In this document: piece by piece, positions 1-14,319 of the stretch
How the letters are laid out: each line of letters begins with the position of its first letter
How positions within the stretch are numbered: position 1 is the stretch's first letter
From: Octopus sinensis
Taxonomy: Eukaryota
DNA: 64,000 nucleotides
Assembly: GCF_006345805.1 (NCBI RefSeq)
Contig: NC_043009.1
Location: 53,630,001 to 53,694,000 of the forward strand
Direction: 5' to 3'
Position numbers and translations under genes: made by a program
The notes under the pieces: model-generated
The model's database searches: none
The model's input: only the letters and a program-made list of their open reading frames with translations
What the model was told of the DNA's origin: nothing

Positions 1-1465
1 TCGTGTAATTAAATACCGTGTACTATTTTATTAAGTTTCATCGATTTAATCAACTGGGTCACTTACAAATAATTCTTTGTGATTTGAAGCATACGGTTTA
101 GAAATCAATGACGGAGGGTTTTAGCAGATACCGTCGAGTGGTATATACTCAACCGCAACTACTTTGTCCTGATAGATAAAAGGCAAAGCTGAGATCTGCA
201 ATGTTCTCCTCAAGACGTAAGGGGCGGGAAGTAATGATCTGAAGCATTTTTCCGATGCTCTAGCTTTTCTGACATTTTGTTGCCTTCGTTTATTTAATAA
301 TACTTTCTAATTTTTGACAAAAGGTCAGCTGTTTTTTTTTGTTTGTTTTTTTTGGTGGTGGAAGTCGATAATAACAGCTCCAGTGGGCACCTGGTACTTA
401 CTTTGTCGTCCATGAAAGGATGAAAGGAAAAGCCGACCGTGGTAAAATTGGAACTCAGAACATACGGTTTACTGAATAATAGCGAGTTTTGGCGGAAGGA
501 TAGGACATATTTTGTTTTTTGTATCTGGTTTGCAAGATTATTTATGTGCATTCGTGTGTTGAAGCAAATTATGTTGTGTCTAGGGAGAGTCACGTTATTT
601 TAAGGCCTTATTATCTAACACACTCACCTGTTCAATTTCCACTCATTTATTATCTATAATTTTCCTTCCAAAATTTTCGTTGATTTTGCTACCTTGTCAA
701 TGAACATCCATTAGCAAGGTTGCAAAAGCAACGAAAATTTGGAAAGAAAAAAGATAAATGATAAACAAGTGGAAATCAAACCGGTGAGTGTGTTAGATAA
801 TAAGGCATTAAGACAATTTGACTCTCGCCAGGCACAATATAGGGCTCATATTTGGAACATAGTAAAGAGAGTATTATCAATCTTGGGACTTGAGTATGAA
901 TTCACTTTATCGAACTGAGGAAAATGAAAAAGCAAAGACAGACTTAACCACGTTTGAATGGAATTTCGAAAATAAGAGTAGCTACATATTTCAAGTTTGA
1001 CTATGCATCTATCGACCTCTGTTCATTTCATTATAATATCGATTCAACGTAGGCACACCACTTAATACATAAGTATAAGTGTTTGCCTGCTCAGTATTTG
1101 TTTTGGACATAATTTTCAAACTTAGCTGTCAGAGTTAGGGAGACCCGCTGTGAGCTCTAGAATTGACATAATAATACCCCGGCCCAGTCGGCTCACTTAC
1201 ACTCATCAGGTAGTCAGTTCGATTTTCCTTGGATAACATCGGTGGCGTGGAGAGGTGAGGCTGGTATTCATGGGCGACTGCTGGTTTTCTATAAAGAATC
1301 TTGCTCGGATTTGTGCCTCGGAGGATAACTTTCTATCTAGGGGCTATCACATAGTCATTCATGACCGAAGGGTATCTTTACAAATCACCTTCAAAATCAG
1401 GAAAGAGACTTTCAGTAATATAGTCCCTCTATTTTTTTTTTGCTATTGCGAACTATCATATTATA

Positions 1466-1713
1466 TTGTTTTTTTTTACTTGTTTCAGTTATTAGACTGC
1501 GGTCATTAGATACCACCTTGAAGAAGTTTAGTCAAACGAATCGACCCCATTGTTTTATTGTTTTAAGCTTGGTACTTAGTCTGTCAGCTACTTTCGTTGA
1601 ACTGCTAAATTACGGGGACATAAACACAGGCACAACGACCCCCCACCCATATATATGTATGTCTGTATTGATATACATGTGTGCGTGTGTGAGTGTATGT
1701 GTGCATATATATA

Positions 1714-1754
<41 letters not shown>

Positions 1755-1905
1755 CGAAGAGCGTCTTCTAGTTTCCGTCTACCATATCCGCTCACCAGGC
1801 TTTAGTCTTGCCCCGAGGCTATAGTAGAAGACACTTGCCCAAGGTGCCACGCAGAGAGACTGAACCCGGAATCATGAGATGGAAGCAAGCTTCTTACCAT
1901 GCAGT
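1466..1905 (-). mobile_element. tRNA-derived CORE-type SINE (family B), diverged
   Basis: Matches the other family B copies: tRNA head, CTTGGGCAAGTGTCTT core, internal microsatellite, GAAACAAGTAAAA tail. Confidence 0.85.
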
Positions 1906-2026
1906 ATATTAAAATTTAGTATGAAAACTGCAGTCGTCTAAGACAACCTATTTCTCTTTTGGAGAAACGGACGCTTTGAGAGATTCCAGACAACCATTTC
2001 TCACAGGGCTATGAAGCGCGATACTA

Positions 2027-2093
<67 letters not shown>

Positions 2094-2755
2094 TGAGTGA
2101 GAGAGAAAGAGAGAGAAAAAGAGAGATAGGAGATTGAAAAAGAAAGTAAAGAAAGATAAAGATAGCTAACTGGTCATTTATTCAAGAACCCCGGAAGGAT
2201 GAACAAGTTTGATCACGGTCGGATTTGAAACCAGAACGCAGAAAGCAACGTAAAGACTTCTCCTCTAAAGACTCTATCACTACTCCCCCATTTAATCTTA
2301 GACACTTCTATGACAGGATTGTCACAGGGTGAATAAATTTGACCATTGATCTGCTCGATTAGGGTGGTCACGAGTTGATTAACATCAAATCAGCACTAAC
2401 AACGATAGCAACACTTACAACAATTAATAATACATATTTCCTAATTTTGAGACCAGGCCAGCAATTTTAAAGAGAGATCGGCTGTGAGCTCTACAGTAAC
2501 CCCATTGATTGGTTGGCAGAATATTTTATCAACCTCTGAAGAATGAAACGCAAAGTTCACTTCGTTGGGATTTAAATACAAAGCATAAAGATTCGGAGAA
2601 AATTCGTCCAAACCATTCTGATCGATGCGGCAGCAAATATGCAGTCGCACCAACTAAATAACATTTGCTGCTATAGGCATAAGGTCTGGAATTTTGTGAG
2701 AATGGGGATGGCCGATTATATCGACCCCAGGGTTCCCACTGCTACTTATTTTATA

Positions 2756-2848
2756 AGAAGATGATAAGGATGGTAACGACGACGATGTCCATGAAGACGA
2801 TGACAGCAAAAATGATGAAGATGATGATGATGATGATGATGATTATGG

Positions 2849-2879
<31 letters not shown>

Positions 2880-2986
2880 CACGGTGATTATGATGATAAT
2901 GATGATGACAACGACGATAATGATCATGATTATTACGACGACGATGATAATGTTGACGATGAGGATGGAGATGATGGTGATGATGA

Positions 2987-3041
<55 letters not shown>

Positions 3042-3042
3042 G
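2756..3042. repeat. (ATG)n imperfect trinucleotide array
   Basis: Directly visible. Confidence 0.95.
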
Positions 3043-3676
3043 CATATATTTCTAAGATAGGCACCAATGTTGCAAATTCAACGGAGGTGGAATAGATATA
3101 CCAGAGAGTACAATCGATGATATCGAATCATCAGACATCCATCCGACACAATTTGGCATTAATAAAAGATGCAACAAGATAAACACTAACAAAAGAGAAA
3201 TTAATAATGGAAAATTAAAATCAATATGGTAGACATTTTAAAACAAAATTGTTGTTTGAGAAAGTGTGATATGACGGAAATTGAAGCGTTGTATGTAGAT
3301 GGGAACGATATGTAAAATAGAATGTTTTATGCATATGAATATTGTTAAAAATTAAATATTTAATTAATTCTCATGAAAGACTACGACATAGAATTAAAAA
3401 AAAAAACAGCAAATAACTTGAATGTTCATGTGTAAAAAAACACAAGGAAAAAAGAATCTATATAACAAAAAAAAATATATCATAAACATTGTTGGAGCTT
3501 TCACATTAGATAAACAGTTAAAGTATTCTTTAGACTAGCTCTGTGATAATGTGTCTGTATGATATGCGTATGGCTGTGTGAGAGTGTTTGTATGCATATA
3601 AAGAAATATTTATTTATATGTATGTATTCCTATGCATATATATATATATATATATAAATACATATATGGGTGTGTG

Positions 3677-3718
<42 letters not shown>

Positions 3719-3988
3719 CATATATATGGGTGTGTGCATTTGCATTGTATATAAATATATTTCATATATGTATATATATATGTATATATACATAGGTATC
3801 TGTATATATAGGCATACATATATTTATATATTAAGTGCATGTGTGCGTGCGCAAGTGTGGATATGTGAGTATCTATATTTATATATTAATATGTTCCTAC
3901 ATTTTACGACAAATTTTTTAATGTGACCCTATATATACAGTTTCATTCGGTGCACTCAAACAAATTTACAAATACATAAACACGCAAC

Positions 3989-4020
<32 letters not shown>

Positions 4021-4669
4021 TAGAGAATGAAGCTCTTTTATTTGTTGCTTATTTTCTTCATAATAAGAATGCAAGTGAATGTTTTTTTAAAATATTTATC
4101 GACTATATGTCATTCTACTTTGCATTTTATAAACACACACAGCCACGCATACACAGCCATCTAGACCCACAAACACTCACACCTTCTTATATATAAAATA
4201 TTCTTGTATGCGTGGGTATGTACATCTGTATTTATCTGACGGCATGTACGTGAGAGTACGCATGCATTGATACGTTTTTATCTAAATATAAGCCATCAAA
4301 TTTTTTGTCATGTGTATGTTTCAAAAACATCGAAGTAACAAGTTTCATATTAAATGCTAATGTGCGGCTTATTATTAACAAAGTGTAATATTTTCGATGT
4401 TTTATGTTTCATCAAAGAGAGTATAGTCAAACTATTAATTACTTTAAGTACATATATACACATCTTGATCAAATGGCGTATTTCTAAACTCAGAACAACA
4501 GAGACCTCGTCACTACAAACTAAGTTCATGCATACAACCATCATATATATGTATGTGTATATATTCACGCTATATAGATATTTATGAATACAATGTATGC
4601 TATGCAGATATGTATATATTATTATATATATATATATTATATATATTATATATATATATATATGTATAT

Positions 4670-5160
4670 AGGTGAGAAATTGGGTGTGTGAAAAAAACTA
4701 CAAAAGGCGTGTTTTAAAAGGTTGAAAAATATATTTGGGTCATTATGTCAGAAGAATGTTATAAAATGTTTTCATACAGTGACAGTTATTGAAGAAATTA
4801 CCGGTTCGTGTTAACTTTTCAATTTCTCAAAAAATCGTGTTATGTCTTCGTTATGAAGTGTAAAGGAGAGTTCCAGGTTAGGGGAGGTAATAAGTGATTT
4901 TTCCGTGTGTAAGGGAGATAATCGCTTTATATTTCTTGTCCCTTTTATTTAATGGGGTGAGTTGCTCTGTATAAGTATGTTAGAGTGGTTAAGTTTGGGC
5001 TTATATTTTTCAATGAAGAATGTTTCCTTGTTTAGTCTAATTTGTGTTGGTGTTCCAATAGCACATTGATAAAATGGAAAGATTAAAAATTGTGGTAGTA
5101 GTTGCTTTGCGCATTTCTCAATATGCTCACTAAAGGGTATCATTCTGTATTCTGGGAATG
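4670..5160 (-). mobile_element. Penelope-like 3' end: GIY-YIG C-terminus + pLTR
   Basis: PFSEHIEKCAK..LP.FLIFPFYQC....QIRLNKETFFIEKYKPKLN, then a non-coding terminal repeat with a hammerhead-like motif at 4794-4826. Confidence 0.7.
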
Positions 5161-5282
5161 CAATTGAAAAATTGTTAAGATATTAAGATATTTTCGTCTA
5201 CCTGAAACCAATAGTAGTTTTAATACACAAATAAATAATTCTCTCCATCAATGCGGTGCTTAGCTCCCATTCTCATCGTTCA

Positions 5283-5321
<39 letters not shown>

Positions 5322-5551
5322 CTTATATATATATACTTATATATATATATTATATATATATAATATTATATTTATACAGATTCATCGACTACACACGCAC
5401 GTGTTCGTCCTACTTCTCACTTTGTTTTTGTATTTCTCTGCCTCTCACTCTGTCTCTGTCTCTCTCTCTCTCCGTCTCATTCTCTCTCGTCTCTGTTCAT
5501 CTATCTGTCTCTGTATGTATGTCAGTTTGTCTCTCTCTCTCCCTCTCCCTA

Positions 5552-5615
<64 letters not shown>

Positions 5616-6349
5616 TAGAGGACAAAGGACAACAAAACCCAAGGTAGGACGAGTATCTCAATTTGAGGTAATTAATTTAGTTAATTAATTAATTATTGGA
5701 TGTTTTACGGCTGTTTCTGGGATATCACAAGTGATAGATCAGCATCTCCATACACTGGGTATTCCCCCATATATATATAATATATATATATATATATACA
5801 TACACACACATGGCGTAAGAGAGCTAAAAGTGTTATTATAAGTGTCTTAGTGTGTGTGAGTACGTGTGTGTATGATTGTGAATAAGTCGACGTGGGGCAG
5901 TTCTTGAATTCTGAACTTAGAAGATCAGAATAAATGTCACAACTCATTATGCTGATTGTCTCATGATTCTGCCAGTCCAGTGATGACAACGACGACGACG
6001 ACGACGACGATGACGATGATGATGAAGATGATGATGATGATGATGATGAGGATGAGGAACAATGATAATAAGGCTAACAGAGAAAATAACGAATATATCT
6101 CTCCCGAATGAAAACAACATTTCAAAATCCTTGGTACATTCGTAATCTAAGGTTTGATTTGATCGGTTTATTTGATAACAATAGAGCTAGTTAAGAGATA
6201 ATTGAGTCTAATTATCCATTTGATCCATTAAACCAAGCAAGTCATAATTAAGTCTGAAATAAAAATTACTCTTCACCCAAGTCTATAACAGGAGTCCCGT
6301 ATCGGAGAACCAATGAAGCCATGAAAATTGATGCGTGTATACATTTGTA

Positions 6350-6483
<134 letters not shown>

Positions 6484-6484
6484 C

Positions 6485-7760
6485 TTGTACAAGCTGCCTT
6501 CCAAGAGGCTTGGAACACTTTTAGATGGCACAGTCATAAGACGATGGTAATTTCAGTAAGTCGTTACTATATATCTAATAAGCTGACCTGACTTTTTTTA
6601 GATTCCAAATTGAAGGAGAAATTTTGACCCCTCCCCCTCATGCCCAATAACCATTGCTTGTCACCACTGATTAGTTTGTAGAACGCAGTGGGAAAGTGAA
6701 GACAATCACTATCCAATAGCATTTCGTGTTAATCTCAGCAAAAACGTTACCGAACTCATGAAGCACTTCAGATTGTTTATGCAGTAACGGCTATGAAGAC
6801 AAGCGTCTGGTTTTAGCTGGCACGGTAGAGAGGAGGTGGGAGGCGGTGAAAGGTGTGTGAAACAGAGGCACGGTAGAACATAGAGATGGTTCAGAAAATT
6901 CGCAATTTTTCTTCTGGATGAATAATGTCGTGCATCTATGAAGACAATATACATAGAGTTTGAAGTTGGTGTCGAATTATTCATGAAGATCTGAAAATGT
7001 GCAAAATTTGTGCAAAGTTTTGTACGTAGGGTACTCCGTGACAAACAGAAGGAAAGAGATAGCAGTGATATGGTTGAGCTTATTTCCTCCAGTGTTGAAT
7101 CTCTAGTGATCTGTGACGAAGCAATATCTACTGTTATGGCCCAAAGGCCAAGAGTCAGAGTGTCCAATGGAAGCATTTGGTTCTCCCGGACCCGAGGGGA
7201 TTAGACAAAGCTAGTCTACCAGGAGGCGCAGGATGATCCCCCATTATCGACGGCAAAGGCATCGTCTACTCCTTTTGGGTTCCTTTTGGCCAGACAGTCG
7301 ACAAAGAGTGCTATCTGGAAATTAAGGGGGAGCTCGGGAAGAAATTTCATCACAAAAAGCCAGATGTTTTTCACCAACGTCGGTGACACCTGCCTAAAGC
7401 GCACTAGTCTACAATTCCATCCCGCTAACCAATACTTGAGATGGGCATGAAAACTGCCCCTCACCTTTCCTACAATCTAGAACTTGCTGCTGGGAAATTT
7501 GATTGTTTCCTAACAGGAAGGGGAACCGTAGGTTCAGTCGTTTTGAAGACAGCAAGGTGACGGAGGCTGTGACAAGGGTTCCACAAACCTTTACTTAGGA
7601 GGATTTCCATGGAATCTTTACATAGTCTCTGGATGGTTAAATGCACCCTGATGTCAGAGGATCTGACTTTAAAGAAGATTTATGTTTTGTACTTTATTAA
7701 AATGAAAGTCTCTCTCTTGAAAAATGTTTCAAGATGGAATACATCTTGAATATATAGTAT
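6485..7760 (+). mobile_element. Decayed mariner transposon
   Basis: Frameshifted translation gives KFV.RVL..KQKER, LVICDE, CYGPKAKSQSVQWKH, IDGKGIVYSFWVPFGQTVDKECYLEI and PHLSYNLELA (the YSPDLAP motif). TIRs are only partly recognisable. Confidence 0.85.
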
Positions 7761-7990
7761 TCAGTCAACCAAATTATAATTCATTTATATGTATACACAC
7801 ACACGCACACACATACTGCTTAACGATCTCAATATAAGCTTATTATTGTGTCATAATTTCGTTGTCTGTCTGACTGTCTGTCTGTCTCTTTGTTCTGTAT
7901 AGAAACCAAAACGCCACTTTATACAAAAATGTAGGTTTAACACACCACAATAACCTTTACAAAAGTTATTTCTCCGCATAGACAGGCACA

Positions 7991-8925
7991 ATACATACAT
8001 ACACACATACGTACATACATACATGTATACGTACATACATACATACATACATACATGCATACATACATACATACATACATACACACATACGTACATACAT
8101 ACATGCATACATACATACATACATGCATACATACATACATACATACATGCATACATACATACATACATACAAACACACATACGTACATACATACATGTAT
8201 ACATACATACATACATACATGCATGCATACATACATACATACATACATACATACATACATACATACATTCATACATACATACATACATACGTACATACAT
8301 ACATGCATACATACATACATACATACATACATACATACATACATACATTCATACATACATACATACATACATACGTACATACATGCATACATACATACAT
8401 AACATACATACATACATACATACATACATACATACATACATACATTCATACATACATACATACATACGTACATACATACATGCATACATACATACATACA
8501 TACATACATACATACATTCATACATACATACATACATACGTACATACATGCATGCATACATACATACATACATACATACATGCATGCATACATAATACAT
8601 ACATACATACATACATACATACATACATACATACATACATACATACATTCATACATACATACATACGTACATACATACATACATACGTACATACATACAT
8701 GCATACATACATACATACATACATACATACATTCATACATACATACATACATACGTACATACATGCATGCATACATACATACATACATACATGCATGCAT
8801 ACATACATACATACATACATACATACATACATACATACATACATACATACGTACATACATACATACATACATGCATGCATACATACATACATACATACAT
8901 ACATACATACATACACATACATACA
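7991..8925. repeat. Compound (TACA)n tetranucleotide array of about 930 bp
   Basis: Directly visible, with TGCA, TACG and TTCA variant units. Confidence 0.97.
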
Positions 8926-9623
8926 TACACATATGTACATATATATATCTTTGTTTCTTTATTTGTGTTTGGGGGGGGTATGCGCGGGCGCGTGTTTTAA
9001 CTTATAACAAGGCCCGCAAAATAAACAACAACATTAACGAAAATATGGCTTTGTTTCAAGGCCTCTGAAATAAATGTAAGCATAATTAACAATGCGTTTT
9101 GCCAGTTTTGGGAATAGCAAAGAACTGAAAATTTAGCAAACTATTCTTCAGAAATTGTAGAAAATATAATGGCTTGGTTTGCATCTTCATTCATAATATT
9201 TTTGTAATGCATTAACAATGTAAATCTTAAAATCTCATTGCTTTTGTCTTCCTTGCATGCTAAGTTGATGCTTGTATCTATGTTGTTGAAATGTAATGTT
9301 TAATCCGTGTGCGTCCAGGTATGTAACAGAGGATGCTTTACTCACTGTTTACTCACCTTTGCTCGCATCAGACAATCTTATAAATTTCCCCTGTTTCAGG
9401 GCGTTTTCTAGCTTAATTTCATTATTAGGCGCACAGGCCCGAACACAGAGGGGACGGCACGAGGACAGACAACGACAATAAAACGTGGGGGACATAAAAC
9501 ATAAGGGATGGCTGAAACGAATATAATAATGAGGATGAACGTCTTACCTAACCCCACCAGGCAGTTGCGTGTTACTGTTCATTTCCTCAAAATTCTCACT
9601 TCATTTAAAAAAAAAAAAAACTT

Positions 9624-10890
9624 TTAATCATCCTTTGGCCATACAATGTATGGCTCTATTTCGGTGATATCTACCACCGGCGGGAGGGAGTCATATCTCT
9701 TCTCTAACCTCAGTGAAAGTATGTCTCTTTTAAAGGTGTCTTGTAAGGCTTGGTACTGCTGAATGTCTATTAGGATGCTATTCGTTTGTTGTGGTCTTTT
9801 TCTAATGATATTTTGAAATTTTGTTAAACTATTATCTATTTCTGTATTTGTTTCGTGTATTACAATGTATGCTGCGTTTCTTGTGATTTGGCCGTGTTGT
9901 TTGTCTGCCTGTGTGTCTCTTTGAATATGTGTGTCGCTATTAGAAGTAGTTGGTATTTTTTCCTGGGGTGGGTGTATTAGTGAGGCGGTTGTGTTGTCTG
10001 TTTTTCTCTGTGAGTGTTCTATATTTTCATTCTTTTTCTTTGTTGACTTTTTGGGAGATAAATTCCTCGGTCCCCTTCTCTTCTTGCTTTGTACCTCCTG
10101 GAACTCTTCATCAGGTATTTTCGGTGTTTTCACAGTCGTCTTCGTCCTTCTGGTAATTTCCCTTGGGCTGTTGCGCTTTTATTTGGGGACAATTTATTTT
10201 TATGTGACTCCTCGACTTTCAGTGGTAGCAGAGGGGAGGTCTCCCCTCTACCTCCACTCGCAACACGTTACTTTCTGGGAGTTCAATCTCGGTGCATATT
10301 CCGTCTTAGTCATTTTGTGTGGCGTGGATTGTCACTTCCAATCCGTAGCCCCATTAGTTCATTTGCTTGATTTTAGTCGCATGTATTATTACTGAACTTT
10401 CCCCCATCTTAGCCAGAATTGCAGCTATATGCCATGTTAATTTTATCTCGGGGTCACCCTGCCGATCCTGACTCTTGCAACACGCTTGCCGAGATATGTT
10501 GGCAGCAGAACCCATTCTTTGTTTTTTAGTGGAGTGCTTTTTCGTCCCCTCTGCGGTTGCAAAACCTCTACCGTATAGTACTTCCTTTCTCTAAGGAAAA
10601 ATGTTACTTTGTTCACTATTTCTTGGAGACAGTTTTCAATTGCCTCCTCGCTCGCTATTTCTATTTTTCTGATTTTCAGTGACATAGTTCTGTAAATCAC
10701 TAACTCCTGATGTTGTTTGTTGGTGATGTCTGTCGGTGGCTTCAACTTTACTTCTGTTCCCTCTCTCTATGCAAACAGCTTACTCATTTCCAATGGGCGT
10801 TTGTCTATCACCACCTCCTGCGCTTTGATGTTTACGGTAGTAGCATTCTTTTACTCACTGGCTGCCGAAGTATAAGTCCCGGCTAATGTT
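9624..10890 (-). mobile_element. Decayed ORF1 of a Tx1/L1-like non-LTR retrotransposon
   Basis: CX2CX4HX4C knuckle VEGRPPLCYH*KSRSHIKINCP at 10189-10230 (second Cys is a TGA stop), followed by a basic, low-complexity region. Confidence 0.7.
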
Positions 10891-10893
10891 TCT

Positions 10894-11572
10894 TATTTCT
10901 TTATTGCCCACAAGGGGCTAAACATAGATGGGACAAACAAGGACAGACAAAGAGATTAAGCCGATTACATCGACCCCAGTGCGTAACTGGTACTTAATTT
11001 ATCGACCCCGAAAGGATGAAAGGCGAAGTCGACCTCGGCGGAATTTGAACTTAGAACGTAGTGGCAGACGAAATACCTATTTCTTTACTACCCACAAGGG
11101 GCTAAACACAGAGAGGACAAACAAGTACAGACACACGGATTAAGTCGATTACATCGACCCCAGTGCGTAACTGGTACTTATTTAATCGACCCCGAAAGGA
11201 TGAAAGGCAAAGTCGACCTCGCCGGAACTTGAACTCAGGATGTAGCGTCAGACGAAATACCTATTTCTTTATTACCCACAAGGGGCTAAACATAGAGGGG
11301 ACAAACATGGACAGACATAGGTATTAAGTCGATTATATCGACCCCAGTGCTTAACTGGTACTTAATTTATCGACCCCGAAAGGATGAAAGGCAAAGTCGA
11401 CCTCGGCGGAATTTGAACTCACAACGTAACGGCAGCCGAAATACAGCTAAGCATTTCGCCCGACGTGCTAACGATTCTGCCAGCTCGCCGCCTTCGCAGA
11501 ACTTGAACTCAGGATGTAGCGTCAGACGAAATACCGTTAAGTATTTCGCCCGGCGTGCTAAAGATTCTGCCA
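10894..11572 (-). mobile_element. Tandem array of tRNA-derived SINE family A (Meta-domain-like): three units at 184-bp period plus an extra head fragment
   Basis: Units start at 10894, 11078 and 11262. Minus-strand head GGCGGCGAGCTGGCAGAA, B box GAGTTCAAATTCC, central CCTTTCATCCTTTCGGGGTCGAT.AAATAAGTACCAG, which resembles the MetaSINE domain (from memory). Confidence 0.9.
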
Positions 11573-12300
11573 AACTACTACAGTGTGTTGATTCCCTTTT
11601 TTTTTATCGATCTTATTAAAATGAAAAGCAAAGCTGACGTTAGTGGAATTCGAGCTGAGATTATGGTGAGCTGGAACAAATGCTGTGAATCATTCGACGC
11701 CGTATTAACTTCGCCAATCAACGCTTTAAATACTGCAGTAGTAAAGAATGTAACGAGGTGAGAATGTGAGAGCAATCAAATGTATTGTGAGAGCAAATAT
11801 CGTTAACCTTCTAAATGTACACCAAAGTCTCATTCCATTCCACAAAGACATATGTCATAAACAATTTGCAACGTAGCAAGATAAAAGGAAAAGTGATGGA
11901 TAAATAGAAGCAAGAAGTAAAAACTTTTCATTGGAAAGTGTCTTTTATGGTCTTTTTGAAAATTGCATAGCATGTATTTTGTTTTAAGCAAACAATTGTA
12001 AAAACAGTGTTTCTTAAATTCAAGCTGTTTCTATTCTGTAAGAAATTTATAAACTTTTTCGGTTAAGAAGATATGCTAGCTCAGCTTATTTCTATTCTTA
12101 GATTACTTATAACCAAAAATAGAAGAAAAAAAAGGGAGGATAGTACACAGTGAATTGTTGCAAACGTGCAGGCATGAGTTCTTTACGATCTCCAGAAATA
12201 TTTTGCAAGTACAATCGTAAATGTTGTTAGGCTTCAATGATTATATGATGAAGGCGGGTGGCCTAGTATTCAGGGCGTTGCAGTCAGGATCGCAAGATCT

Positions 12301-12864
12301 TTTCTACTCTAGGCACAAGGCCCGAAATTTTGGGGGAGGGGTACAGCCAATTAGATCGATTCTAGTGCGCAACTGATAGTTAATTTCTTTACTACCCACA
12401 AGGGTCCAAACACAGAGAGGATAAACAAGAACAGACAAACGGATTAAGTCTATTATATCGACCCCAGTGCGTAACTGGTACTTAATTTATCGACCTCGAA
12501 AGGATGAAATGCAAAGTCGACCTCGTCGGAATTTGAACTCAGAACGTAACGGCAGACGAAATACCTATTTCTTTACTACCCACAAGGGGCTAAACACGGA
12601 GAGGACAAACAAGGACAGACAAACGGGTTAAGTCGATTACATCGACACCAGTGCATAACTGGTACTTATTTAATCGACCCCGAAAGGATGAAAGGCAAAG
12701 TCGACCTCGGCGGAATTTGAACTCACAACGTAACGGCAGCCGAAATACCGCAAAGCATTTCGCCCAGCGTGCTAACGTTTCTGCCAGCTCGCCGCCTTAT
12801 ATGCCAGCTCGCCGACCGCTAAGCATTTCGCCCGGCGTGCTAACGATTCTGCCAGCTCGCCGCC
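12301..12864 (-). mobile_element. Family A SINE dimer (184-bp period) nested in an older variant, with duplicated head
   Basis: Units start at about 12382 and 12566, with the same junction sequence as the 10894 array. Confidence 0.88.
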
Positions 12865-13747
12865 TTAGATCATTATTTCGTTTTTCATAACAGGTGGTCC
12901 GATGTAGTCTTCAGCAAAAGCATTTTATTTCATGTTGATCCAATCCACTCAGCTGCTAATGAGCAACCCCGTGATAGATTGTTGTTTTGTATACGGGAAA
13001 TATTGTGATATCAGTTACTTCTACGCAATGAAAAGCGGATATCCGGCCCAATGAGCCAAGGGCTTTAGACATTAATGTCCAAGATTAGTAATGACAAATG
13101 AGCATATGATGTAAGGTGTTTGACTTTTCACAATAGCTAAACAATTGCAACTTAGCGTGAAGTCATTCCTGCTGAATACATTTTGGTCCACGTGGTTGCT
13201 TTAGAAGTATTTTTGTACTTAAGTGATGTTTGCTACAGCAGCAAAAGTGAAGAGTTTCGTGTTGCTCACTGTATAGTAGAACCAATGCTTTATGTTGCTT
13301 ATCATCAGGGAGCCACTGCCACACAGGGACTTGTAGGTATGAAGAAACTAGGAAGATGTCTTTTACTAGTTTCCTAATAATGGCAGCTATTTATTTACAA
13401 TTTTTGTTTTCATTTCATGCTCAGTGATCTGAAAGAGTCATAGACGGACAAACACGCGCACAGACACATACATTATGTATATGTATGTGCATAGTTATAA
13501 ATATATGCGCTTATACACCCGTATGTATATAAATGAATATATATATATATATATATATATATGATTCTATATATGTGATATAATTGTGAGCATATATGAT
13601 TATGCACATTGTGCATACGTGTATATATAGATGATATACACAAATAAACGCATGCATATATATATACATATACATATATATGTATATATATATATGCATG
13701 TATATATAAATATACATATATATGCATGTATATATATGTATATACAT

Positions 13748-13783
<36 letters not shown>

Positions 13784-14253
13784 GTAGGTACATACATATA
13801 TGTATGTAGGTGTGTACGTAGCCATGTGTTTACATCTATATGTGTGTTTGTGTGCCTGTGTGAATATGTCCATATTTATAAATACTTTTCGGGAGGTATA
13901 TTAAGTACATTTATGCATGTATAACATTATAATTAGATATTTCTATGGAAATGTTCTCAACATAAAATGATTTATTTATGAAGCTTAATATATTCGTTTA
14001 TTATACAGTATAATATTTATTTGTACTTAAAATTTATGTCGTCATTTTTTTTTACTTAATATATTCATGAGCATGGGCGTATGTGCCTATACACGTGTCT
14101 ATGTTGTACTATGTGTATGTGTGTGTGTGTGTGTTTGTGTGTGTGTATGTATGTGAGTGTGTGCGTCTAAATATGTATGTATCACTTTCTCTCTTTCTGT
14201 CTCTGTCTGTCAGTCTCTCTCTCTTTGTCTATCTATCTATCTATCTGTCTATC

Positions 14254-14319
<66 letters not shown>

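Noticed and set aside
1170-1425. Probable additional interspersed repeat
   Set aside because: Single copy in the window with no diagnostic motif, so the class could not be supported.
10894-12864. Regular repeats resembling a CRISPR array or tRNA cluster
   Set aside because: The units are whole SINE bodies with no unique spacers, the context is eukaryotic, and the tRNA-like heads do not form complete cloverleaves.
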